The position numbers were made by a program, and so were the translations under genes. 64,000 bases of DNA. Source: an uncultured bacterium. Lineage in GTDB: Bacteria > Krumholzibacteriota > Krumholzibacteriia > JACNKJ01. The notes below the pieces were generated by a model. The model had not been told where the DNA came from and searched no databases. It was given only the letters and a program-made list of their open reading frames with translations. Positions 39,447 through 47,790 of the stretch are shown here, piece after piece. Position 1 is the stretch's first letter, and the number at the start of each line of letters is the position of its first letter. Location of the stretch: positions 16,589-80,588 of the forward strand of contig CAYNQX010000011.1 in assembly GCA_964399495.1 (NCBI GenBank), read 5' to 3'.

Positions 39447-42400
39447 TTAATTCGCGATCTCCCGCAGCCGCGTCAACACCGCGGCGCGGTCGGGCCGCGC
39501 CAGGAAACGCTCGCGCTCGTGGCCCTCGGGGAAGTGCAGGGAGAGGTCGCGCAGGACCTCGAGGGCGAGGCGGAGTTCCGCGGCGGCGCTCTCGGGATCG
39601 CCCGCGGCGAGGGCGAGTTCCGCGGCCTCGCGGTGAACCACCCATCGTTCCTCGGGCATCTCCAGTCTCATGCCGTGCTCGAGGGACTGCTCCAGGGAAA
39701 GAGCCGCGCCCTTGAGTTCTCCGAGAGTCCGCAGGCGACGGCCTTCCAGTCGCCAGGCCATCGGTAGGTAGCGGGGATCGCCTATCTCCTCCGCATAGTC
39801 GATCACCTCGGCAATCCACTCCCCGTCTCGCTCATCGCCGGGTGCAATGTCGATCCGGTTCAACATGGCCCACTTCACTCGCCGACCTGCATCCAGCTTT
39901 CTGAAGCGCGCAAGCGAGCTGTCCATCAGCTCGACCGCGGCGTCTCGAGATGATTCGATGTGATATCCGTAGGCGAGCAGCTGTTCGACCATCGCGTGCT
40001 CGAATTCGAGATCGAGTTCCGTGATCACGGGCAGACACGCCGCCAGGAGTTCACGCGCGCCCTCCAGATCTCCGAACAGGTGGGCACAGATGGCCAGGTC
40101 CCTCCGGATGCTCACTGCAAGTTCCGGATCGTCGGCGCCTTCCAGTTGAGCACGGAGATCCGATTCGACCTCCCGCATCCGACGATAGTCCCCGAGTAGA
40201 CTGAGAACGTGTCGAAGATTCGCGTTCAACGTATTGAGCCGGTAGGTCTCCCCCTTGAGGCGCGCGGCTTCGATGGCCTTGCGGTTGGCCTGTTCGGCTA
40301 ACCGGAGTTCACCTCGATTGACATGGACCAGGGCCTCCAGCATCACGATGCGCATATCGAGATCGGGAGTCTGACCTCGCGCGGCGAGCTCCCTCATCTC
40401 CAGAAGCAGGGCATCCAGATCGCGCATCTCCTCGGGAATCCCCGCGTTGATGATCCGCTCGGACAAGAAGATGAGCAGATCCAGGCGCATACGCTCAGGG
40501 CCATCCTCATCGCGCAGACCGTTCAGGGCCAGATGGCCGTGACGGATGCCCGCCGCTCGATCCCCTCGTTGCGATGCCAGCGTTCCCTCGGCCATGTGAA
40601 GCACCCACAATCCGGGCCTGCCTGCGAACTTCTCTCGATATCCATCGGCAAGGGACTCCGCCCGCTGGTAGTCGCCGTGGACGGCAAGGACGATGATCTC
40701 CCTCGCCGCCACCTGGATCTCTAGCATCGTTCCCCGGTACTCGGTCTCGCGAGCCTCCTTCCAGCGAAGCAAGAGCTCGTGGGCCAGACGGATCGATTGG
40801 GATGCAGCGAGGCGATAAACGAGAAGCCGACTCACTTCTCCGCTGATCTCAAGCTCTAGGTCGGCCTCAATCTCCCAAAACAAGCTTGTCGCCGTGTCAA
40901 AGTCCTCGTCCAGGAGCGCGCGTTGATGCTCCATCAATGTGAGCAGAACACGCAACCGCCCTGCGATGGAGAACTCTTCCGAGACGACCCGCAGGCGCGC
41001 CAGTGCGGACTCGGACGACCCTCTCGCGAGAGCGAGTATGGAGGACTGGGGCAGTTGAAGTATCCAGTCGAGCGTGGACGCGCGAATCGCCAGTTCGATG
41101 AGTCGCGCCCAACGCCCGGGCTCTTCCCCGGCCATTCGCCATAGCTCTTCGAGAAGGCCTTCCGGCGGCCTTGGAAAGGTCCCGGCGTACGCCGGAGATC
41201 CCGACTCGACATGGACCTTCCCAGAGGAATCCTGGCGAGCGAGCCCCAGCGCTTCGAATCGCTCCAGGGCGGTGCCGACGTCGAGATCCTCGAACCACGG
41301 ATCGAGAGAGGAAACATCGAGGAGGGAGTTCGCCAGGCCGCAAGCTCCGAGCAACTGGTTCTCCTCCGGGTGTAGCTGCGTCGGCGCGCCGGCGTCCTCC
41401 CTTTGCCAGATCTCGTCAAACTGTTCCTCCGAGATGCTCAGCACAGCCACGCCGTCCATATCCACCAGCAGCCGTCTCTCGAACGCGAACCGGAGTATCC
41501 GTTCGAGCTCCCGGGGGTCGCGCTCGGACAGCTCGTCGAAGAGCCGGAACATCCGATCACCGAGCATCAGATCGTCACAAGAACCGGATCGCAGAAGCTT
41601 CTCCACCCATCGCCGTAATGAACGGCGATCATGGATGTCCGCGGGCGGAGGTGGCGCGGGCTTGACGAGGAAGATGGATCGGGGCATCCGGTTCAGGCCG
41701 AAGCGTTCGCGCAACGCATCCATCCAGATCGTCATCGACCGCCATTCTCCTTCGGCCCTGAGGGTCTTCCCGAAGAAGAGATCCAAGTCGCCCGGCAGGT
41801 CGGGGCGGAACCTGCTCAAGCCCAGCAGGTCTCCCTCCTGGATCGACTTGAGCAGGGCCTCCCCCTGCGCGGCGCGCCAGGGAAGGGCACCAGCGAGAAC
41901 CTCGAACACGAGAACGGCCAAGGCGTGGAGATCATCACGCCAATCTAGCGCGGCACCGCCCAGCCTGCGGGGAGAGAGGTAGGCCGGCGTGCCTCCCTGC
42001 GCGACTTTACCTAGGGGTACGGCTAAACCGAGATCACCCAAGATCAGCGGATTGGAATCCGGCCGTCCGACGAGCAGATTTGCGGCCTTGAGATCGGCGT
42101 GGCCAAAGCCTGCGTCGTGAAGCAGATCCAGCGCATCGGCCACCAGCGCCATGGCATCGAGCAGTTCCCGATCTCCCGGCTTCCAGTCCTGAAGCGTCGT
42201 GCCCTCCAGGAGCGGAAAGAGCAACCAGTGCCGCCCTTCACCGTTGGTGCCGGAATCGACGACCTGAAGAAGGGCCGGATGGGTCCAACGTCGGGAAAGC
42301 TCCCCTTCCCTTTCGAGGAGTGGATCGATCTCCGGCCCCCGACTCAGCTTGAGCGCGGCCGGTTCACCGTTGCGATCGCGAGACTCGAAGACCCGGGCGC

Positions 42401-42458
42401 TGCTGCCCTCGCCCAGAAGGCGAATTCGCGGCGGTTCGAAGATTTTGGAATCAGTCAT
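39447..42458 (-). CDS. Ser/Thr protein kinase with a very large C-terminal TPR/helical-repeat region
   Basis: Kinase subdomains: GEGSSARV, AALK, catalytic HADLKAANLL, DLG, TPAYLSPR. About 700 aa of helical repeats follow. ATG 42458 with GGAG upstream. The TTG start at 42497 lies inside a terminator T-run and is rejected. Confidence 0.75.
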   Translation of the reverse strand: MTDSKIFEPPRIRLLGEGSSARVFESRDRNGEPAALKLSRGPEIDPLLEREGELSRRWTHPALLQVVDSGTNGEGRHWLLFPLLEGTTLQDWKPGDRELLDAMALVADALDLLHDAGFGHADLKAANLLVGRPDSNPLILGDLGLAVPLGKVAQGGTPAYLSPRRLGGAALDWRDDLHALAVLVFEVLAGALPWRAAQGEALLKSIQEGDLLGLSRFRPDLPGDLDLFFGKTLRAEGEWRSMTIWMDALRERFGLNRMPRSIFLVKPAPPPPADIHDRRSLRRWVEKLLRSGSCDDLMLGDRMFRLFDELSERDPRELERILRFAFERRLLVDMDGVAVLSISEEQFDEIWQREDAGAPTQLHPEENQLLGACGLANSLLDVSSLDPWFEDLDVGTALERFEALGLARQDSSGKVHVESGSPAYAGTFPRPPEGLLEELWRMAGEEPGRWARLIELAIRASTLDWILQLPQSSILALARGSSESALARLRVVSEEFSIAGRLRVLLTLMEHQRALLDEDFDTATSLFWEIEADLELEISGEVSRLLVYRLAASQSIRLAHELLLRWKEARETEYRGTMLEIQVAAREIIVLAVHGDYQRAESLADGYREKFAGRPGLWVLHMAEGTLASQRGDRAAGIRHGHLALNGLRDEDGPERMRLDLLIFLSERIINAGIPEEMRDLDALLLEMRELAARGQTPDLDMRIVMLEALVHVNRGELRLAEQANRKAIEAARLKGETYRLNTLNANLRHVLSLLGDYRRMREVESDLRAQLEGADDPELAVSIRRDLAICAHLFGDLEGARELLAACLPVITELDLEFEHAMVEQLLAYGYHIESSRDAAVELMDSSLARFRKLDAGRRVKWAMLNRIDIAPGDERDGEWIAEVIDYAEEIGDPRYLPMAWRLEGRRLRTLGELKGAALSLEQSLEHGMRLEMPEERWVVHREAAELALAAGDPESAAAELRLALEVLRDLSLHFPEGHERERFLARPDRAAVLTRLREIAN

Positions 42459-42495
42459 CGGCAGCTCCGGGGGGAAGGACCCCGAAAGCCTAGGC

Positions 42496-42527
42496 AAAAA
42501 AAACGGGCCCCGTCAAGACGGGGCCCT
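42496..42527 (-). terminator. rho-independent terminator for the small secreted-protein gene (minus strand)
   Basis: The minus strand reads GGGCCCCGtcttgaCGGGGCCC followed by GTTTTTTTT. Confidence 0.55.
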
Positions 42528-42567
42528 GCGCGACAGGAAGGAGGGTTGAACTCGCCGCGATGAATGC

Positions 42568-42714
42568 TTAGGGCGTGGAGAAGTCGTTGTCCTTATCATC
42601 GCCCAGCTGACTGCTGAACTGCACATCACCAAAGCCAGGGTCCGCCGCCGAGTAGGTCCCGAAGCCGATGAGGGAGAAGAGGGTGATCCACAGTGCAATC
42701 GTCAGGCTTTTCAT
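42568..42714 (-). CDS. small secreted protein (48 aa) MKSLTIALWITLFSLIGFGTYSAADPGFGDVQFSSQLGDDKDNDFSTP
   Basis: ATG with GGAG 8 nt upstream. Clear signal peptide. Dedicated terminator downstream. Below the ORF-track size cutoff. Confidence 0.45.
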   Translation of the reverse strand: MKSLTIALWITLFSLIGFGTYSAADPGFGDVQFSSQLGDDKDNDFSTP

Positions 42715-43230
42715 CGCTGCCACTCCTTTGGGTTTGTAACGAGTTCGCCTGGGTCATTGCAGGGCGGGTTCCCGTGCCAGGGAAGCCGCGCGGGGCGGTG
42801 GACCGGGGAACTGGCCGGCATGTGGCAGGATGCGCGAATTCCTCCTTTCCCCTTTGGTGGCAACGAGTTGACGACTGCAAATCTGCATTGCGCGGCCGGA
42901 GATTTCGGTGGGAATCGCTGGGGTGGGAGCCGGCGGGGCGAGGAGCACCCGAGAAGGCGGGGCAATTCTCCCAGCCTCCGAAGCCCTCGCCCGGAATCGC
43001 GGGACATCGAAGGGAGGGCCCCGAGACGACACGCCGCCGAAAGGCCGCGGGGCGATTCGCCCGCTCGGGGTGAAATCACCCAGCCGTCTGCGCGAAGAGG
43101 GCTCGAAGGGGAAAGCTGCGGGCCGTCGCGGCGCGTCGTGTCCCATTTCCGGCTGGGGCGGCGACCGTTCTCCGTGCTAGCTTCGCCCGGGATGGTCGCG
43201 CGGAGACAGGCCTTTCGGGAAGGAGCCGCC

Positions 43231-43782
43231 ATGGACGCGATGCGAGGTAGTGATCTGCTGGCCCTCGTCCGATGGACCCTCGAGCGCTGGTGCGCCGGCG
43301 AACCGTGGGCGGAAGGCGGTCCCGGCCTGCCGGACGAGAAGGACGGCCCCGTGGACGGCCTCTTCGTCACCCTGAAGCAGGGGCCGGCGCTGCGGGGCTG
43401 CATCGGCACCGTCAGCCGTCAGGATTCCCTCGACGCCAGCCTGCGCGAGATGGCCGTGCAGGCGGCCGGCAGCGATCCGCGCTTCCCACCGGTCGAGGCC
43501 GAGGAGCTGCCCGGGCTCACCCTGTCCCTGAGCATTCTCTCGCCGCCGGAGCCGGTGAGCGACCCGGAGTCCATCGAGATCGGACGGGACGGTCTGATCC
43601 TGGAACAGGGCAACCGACGCGGGCTACTCCTGCCGGAGGTGCCGGTGGAGGTGGGATGGGACAGGGAGCGCTTCCTGGAGGAGCTCTGCCGCAAGGCCTT
43701 CCTGCCGCCGGGCGCGTGGCGGGATCCCGCCAGCACCCTTCAGCGCTTCACGAGCGAGCAGTTCAGCGAACGCGAGGATTGA
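43231..43782 (+). CDS. AMMECR1-domain protein
   Basis: ...FVTLKQGPALRGCIGT... is the AMMECR1 signature. GGGAAGGAG SD before ATG 43231. The upstream part of the ORF-track frame is rejected. Confidence 0.8.
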   Translation: MDAMRGSDLLALVRWTLERWCAGEPWAEGGPGLPDEKDGPVDGLFVTLKQGPALRGCIGTVSRQDSLDASLREMAVQAAGSDPRFPPVEAEELPGLTLSLSILSPPEPVSDPESIEIGRDGLILEQGNRRGLLLPEVPVEVGWDRERFLEELCRKAFLPPGAWRDPASTLQRFTSEQFSERED

Positions 43783-45793
43783 GCCCGGCCGCCCCCGTGG
43801 GCAAAGGCCTCCCCAGCAGGTGGAGGTAGCGCTGGGACCGCTCGATCCGCGACAGGATGATCTGCTGTCGCCTGGACAGCCCCTCATCGGCGGCGAGCGC
43901 CTCCTCGGGAATCGAATGCAGCACGGCCAGCCCGGCCTCGTAGTCCTCGAGCCTCAGCGCCAGCACGCGACCCAGTTCATGCGTGAGCCGCGGGTCGCCC
44001 GGCCTCGTGGCGAGTTTCCCCTCGATCGTCGCCAGGTGGTCGTGGGCCCTCTCTTCCCAGCCGTTGACCTTGGTGCCCTGAAAGCGCCGCAGCTCCGATA
44101 GAGGTTCCGCCAGCGCCGGGTCGAGCGTGAGGGCGCGCTTCAGGCAGACGTCGAAGATCACGGGCCTGTCCCACATGAAGTAGATGTAGGCCAGGTTGCC
44201 GTAGGCGTGGGCCTCGGTGGGGTTGAGCTCCAGAGCCTTGAACAGGCACTCCTCGGCGCGGTCCATGTCCTCCTCGTCCTGCCCGCGCTGCGTGTAGGCG
44301 AAGCCGAGGTTCTGCCAGGCCTGCGAGGAGCGGTCGTTCTGCCGCAGCGCCTCCACGTTGTAGAACACGGACTTGTCCCAGTCCCCCTGATCGCCCCAGT
44401 AGTGGGCGAGTGTGACGAAGTCGTCGTGGTAGTCCTTCACCTGCACGAGGGGCAGGTGCATGAGCAGGCCGACCCCCACCATGAGCAGCAGCGGCAGCGG
44501 CAGCAGCCGCCAGCGTCGCTCGCGGACGAGGCCCACCAAAAGCGCCAGGCCGTGACCGGCGAACGGGATCAGCCAGATCAGGATCGGCAGTCGATAGCGG
44601 CTGGTGACGAAGAACAGGATGACGCTCGCCGCCACCGTGAGCAGCGAAGCCGCCGCGAGCCGCGACGCGCGCCCCCGCCGCAGCCCGAACACCAGGCCCA
44701 GAACGCCCAGCGGAAGCACCAGCGTGTACCAGACCAGGGGCCAGCGCAGCATCGGCGCCAGGTATTCCCTGAAGAAGTAGATGTTGAAGTGGTTGGGGAT
44801 CTCGTAGTGCCCCATCAGCAGCCCCGTCTTGCGCATCAGCAGGGAACCCGCCTCGCCGGGACGCTGCTTGAAGAACTGCCAGGCCCTGCCTCCCCAGAAC
44901 CGGCTGGTCTCCGAAGGGCTCGCCTCCCGGCCCAGTGCCTGCGAGGCGACGCGGCGGCTCGAGCCCTCGAGGTCGTACTGCATCGACGTGGGCACCTGGA
45001 AGCCGCCCGTGGCGCTGGGGTTGTTGCCGATGAACAGGTTGATCCCGCCGTTGCTGCTTATCAGAACCCAGTCGCCGCCCACGATCCGGTTGCGCAGCGT
45101 GAAGGGCGAAATCACCAGCATCGCTCCCAGCACTAGCAGGAGTCCCCGTCGCCAGGGCCAGGCTTTCGGCTTCAGGATCGGTCGGGCGAAGCCCTGCTGG
45201 ATCAGCACCACCGGCACGAGCAGCAGCAGGTTGGGCTTGCCGAGGGCGGCGGCGCCGAGCAGCGCGCCCACCCCGAGCATGCGTCGACCGGAGAACTTCT
45301 CCTCGTCGACGGCCAGCAACCAGGCGGTCACGGCGAGGAAGAACATCGTCAGCGTGATCTCCAGCAGTTCGCCCGCGTAGAACAGGAAGGGCGCGTAGAG
45401 CGTCGCCATGACGGCCGTGGCCACGGCGGCCGCGCGACCGAAGAGGCGCCTGGCGATGAGCGCGAGGACACCGGCGGTGATGCCGGCGAGGAGAGCCTGG
45501 ACGACCCGCACCCACCAGAGAGCCGTCGCGCCGCTCGGCCCCATGACGAGCGCGAGGAAATAGGGATACAGGGGAGCGCTGTGAAAGAAGACGCCGCTGC
45601 CCCAGAAGTCGCCGGCCAGGATTTCCCGGGCGCGATCCACGTATTCGACGGAATCGCGATGGGGCTCGTCGAACAGAACCTGGCCGCGCAGGGGCAGCAG
45701 ATAGATCACCCTCAGCAGCGAGGCGATCGCCGTGGTGATGAGAAACAGCAGGACGGAAAAGTGGCTGCTCCCGCCGCGGTTGTCGCGAGTCAT
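43763..45793 (-). CDS. membrane glycosyltransferase family 39 (PMT/ArnT-like) protein with C-terminal TPR repeats
   Basis: About 11 TM helices with the DE/RD loop region after TM1 (...VLFDEPHRDSVEYVDRAR...), then a periplasmic TPR region (WQNLGFAYTQRGQ, AYGNLAYIYFMW). ATG at 45793. Confidence 0.65.
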   Translation of the reverse strand: MTRDNRGGSSHFSVLLFLITTAIASLLRVIYLLPLRGQVLFDEPHRDSVEYVDRAREILAGDFWGSGVFFHSAPLYPYFLALVMGPSGATALWWVRVVQALLAGITAGVLALIARRLFGRAAAVATAVMATLYAPFLFYAGELLEITLTMFFLAVTAWLLAVDEEKFSGRRMLGVGALLGAAALGKPNLLLLVPVVLIQQGFARPILKPKAWPWRRGLLLVLGAMLVISPFTLRNRIVGGDWVLISSNGGINLFIGNNPSATGGFQVPTSMQYDLEGSSRRVASQALGREASPSETSRFWGGRAWQFFKQRPGEAGSLLMRKTGLLMGHYEIPNHFNIYFFREYLAPMLRWPLVWYTLVLPLGVLGLVFGLRRGRASRLAAASLLTVAASVILFFVTSRYRLPILIWLIPFAGHGLALLVGLVRERRWRLLPLPLLLMVGVGLLMHLPLVQVKDYHDDFVTLAHYWGDQGDWDKSVFYNVEALRQNDRSSQAWQNLGFAYTQRGQDEEDMDRAEECLFKALELNPTEAHAYGNLAYIYFMWDRPVIFDVCLKRALTLDPALAEPLSELRRFQGTKVNGWEERAHDHLATIEGKLATRPGDPRLTHELGRVLALRLEDYEAGLAVLHSIPEEALAADEGLSRRQQIILSRIERSQRYLHLLGRPLPTGAAGLNPRVR

Positions 45794-45886
45794 GTCTTGG
45801 CTTACTCCCTGTCTTGTCAGGCCTTGCGAGCCCTGGATCCGAGCAGGCACTCTAGCGAGTCGAGGCGGCGGGCGCAAGTGAGGTCG

Positions 45887-45916
45887 TTGACGCCACCCGG
45901 GTTCGACTGCTATAAT
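45887..45916 (+). promoter_or_regulatory. near-consensus sigma-70 promoter for the downstream CTD-protein gene
   Basis: TTGACG followed by 18 nt, then TATAAT, about 40 nt upstream of ATG 45957, in the divergent intergenic region. Confidence 0.5.
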
Positions 45917-45956
45917 TGCTTGCAATTCATAGGCTTGCACCAAGCGAGGTAAGGCC

Positions 45957-47675
45957 ATGACCCGGATCCTTCGGCATCGGCATGCGAGCCGTCTGCTCGG
46001 CGCGCTGTTGCTCCTCACGTTCGTCGCCACCGCCCCCGCGCTCGCCCGCCACAAGAAGGTGGCGTTCGTCGACGACGACTGGGAGCCCGTCGAGCGCCGT
46101 ACCTACCTTGACGACCCCGGCTACGAGAACTGGATCGTCGATGCCCTCAACGCGGAGGACATCGAGTTCGACTGGTACGAGGTGCAGCAGCAGGGCATGC
46201 CCCCGCAGCTGCCCTTACTCAGCGAGCTCGCGGACCATCAGCTCGTGCTCTGGGATTGCGGCGCCGAGACCGAGGGCGCCATGGGTTACGATGAGCGGGC
46301 GCTCATCCGCGCCTATCGCAACCTGGGCGGCAAGGTGCTGCTGTTCGGACAGGGCATCCTGAATTCGCTGGATGCGGAACTCGCGCAGAACCCCGGCGAT
46401 CCGGAGATCATCGACTTCATCGAGAACCACCTCGGCGTTTCGGAGGTGATGCTGGACATCGAGGTCGTCGAACTCCTGCCGCCCACCTACGTGCCCTACA
46501 TGAGCGGCCTCCCGCCGACGTCGCTGGACTACAGCGACCTGCCCGACACCGACCCCGCGCTCGTCGACGCCATCACGCCCATGCCCGGCGTGGACACGAT
46601 CCTCGACGGCCTGCTGCCCTTCGGCGGCTACGTCTCCGTGTCCACCACCACCTTCCTGCCCGCGCCGCTCCACTTCCAGACGGTCCTGCCCCACGCTATC
46701 GACAGCCCCCAGCTCAGGGGCCAGTGGCTGCTCGGCACCATGGAGACCGTGGGCTACCAGGGCTTCGAGCTGATGGACTTCATGCTGGGCAGCGAGTACT
46801 TCGGCGAGGCATTTGACTGCCCGCCGAGCTGGATCGGCTGGGACAGCGGCCCCAACGCCATGGGCTTCGAGGCCTGGGGCAGCAGCACCTGCTCCGAGAT
46901 CTGGTCGATGGACCTCTTCAGGAACGATGACACCTGCTTCTGGGAGCTCGGCTTCAGCCACGTGATCCAGAGCGTCAGCCACAACAGCGAGATGATCCTG
47001 ATGGAGCTGGGCACCGCCAGCAACTCCGACTTCGTGCGCATCCGGGCGCAGACCAACGCCGGCAGCCCCTACCAGTACGACCTCGAGTTCAAGGTGAAGG
47101 AGGCCGGCGCCGTCATCCAGATCGACGGCCACGAGGGCCTGAACCTCGGCGAGACCTATCGCATCATGTTCGAGCAGTCGGGTGACCCGTTGAATCTGGG
47201 TGTCTGGGTGTACGATCACCTCGGTATGGTCGTCGCCTACTTCGAGCAGCCGAACTTCAACCCGGTCTTCTCGAAGCTGAGAATGCGCACCGTCCCCCAC
47301 GGCGTCACCGTGGACGGACCCACCATCGGCTGGATCGACGACATCTTCCTCGAAGGCTGCCTCGACTTCACGCCCACCGCCAGCGACCCCGCTCCCGCGG
47401 CGCGCGCGGCGCTGAACGTGCACCCCAATCCCTTCAACCCGAGCACCGCGATCGCCGTCGACCTGCCCCGGGCCGGCGAGGTCACGGTGGCCGTCCACGA
47501 CATGTCGGGACGGCGAATCCGAACCCTGGCCGAGGGCTGGCGCGATGCCGGATCTCTCGACCTGAGCTGGGACGGAAGGGACGAGGCCGGCCGCGGCATG
47601 GGCAGCGGCGTCTACCTGGTGCGTGTCGTGGATGTCACGGGCGAGCGGGGAGCGAAGGCGGTCTTGCTGAAGTAA
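45957..47675 (+). CDS. secreted protein of unknown function with a T9SS/Por-type C-terminal sorting domain (FlgD-Ig-like)
   Basis: Signal peptide MTRILRHRHASRLLGALLLLTFVATAPALA. C-terminus ...LNVHPNPFNPSTAIAVDLPRAGEVTVAVHDMSGRRIRTL...GSGVYLVRVV...KAVLLK matches the TIGR04183-like CTD. Confidence 0.6.
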   Translation: MTRILRHRHASRLLGALLLLTFVATAPALARHKKVAFVDDDWEPVERRTYLDDPGYENWIVDALNAEDIEFDWYEVQQQGMPPQLPLLSELADHQLVLWDCGAETEGAMGYDERALIRAYRNLGGKVLLFGQGILNSLDAELAQNPGDPEIIDFIENHLGVSEVMLDIEVVELLPPTYVPYMSGLPPTSLDYSDLPDTDPALVDAITPMPGVDTILDGLLPFGGYVSVSTTTFLPAPLHFQTVLPHAIDSPQLRGQWLLGTMETVGYQGFELMDFMLGSEYFGEAFDCPPSWIGWDSGPNAMGFEAWGSSTCSEIWSMDLFRNDDTCFWELGFSHVIQSVSHNSEMILMELGTASNSDFVRIRAQTNAGSPYQYDLEFKVKEAGAVIQIDGHEGLNLGETYRIMFEQSGDPLNLGVWVYDHLGMVVAYFEQPNFNPVFSKLRMRTVPHGVTVDGPTIGWIDDIFLEGCLDFTPTASDPAPAARAALNVHPNPFNPSTAIAVDLPRAGEVTVAVHDMSGRRIRTLAEGWRDAGSLDLSWDGRDEAGRGMGSGVYLVRVVDVTGERGAKAVLLK

Positions 47676-47756
47676 CGCTCCGGTGGGCGTCGTCTCGCTT
47701 CACTTCGAGCTCGCCGGGCGAGCCCTCAGAGGCGCTCGAGCGATCGCCCACCTCCG

Positions 47757-47790
47757 CTAGCGAAGCGTCCGGGAGATTCTGCGGAGCTCC
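47757..47790. repeat. REP-like repeat copy overlapping the 3' end and stop codon of the kinase gene; inverted relative to the tandem copies at 51445-51524
   Basis: ctagcgaagcgtccgggagattctgcggagctcc versus the reverse complement of 51445-51484, tgcgaagcgtccgggagagtttgcggagccc (about 27/31 identical). Confidence 0.5.

Noticed and set aside
42497-42497. TTG start of the STK-TPR gene at 42497
   Set aside because: That start codon lies inside the T-run of the upstream terminator. ATG 42458 with GGAG is preferred.
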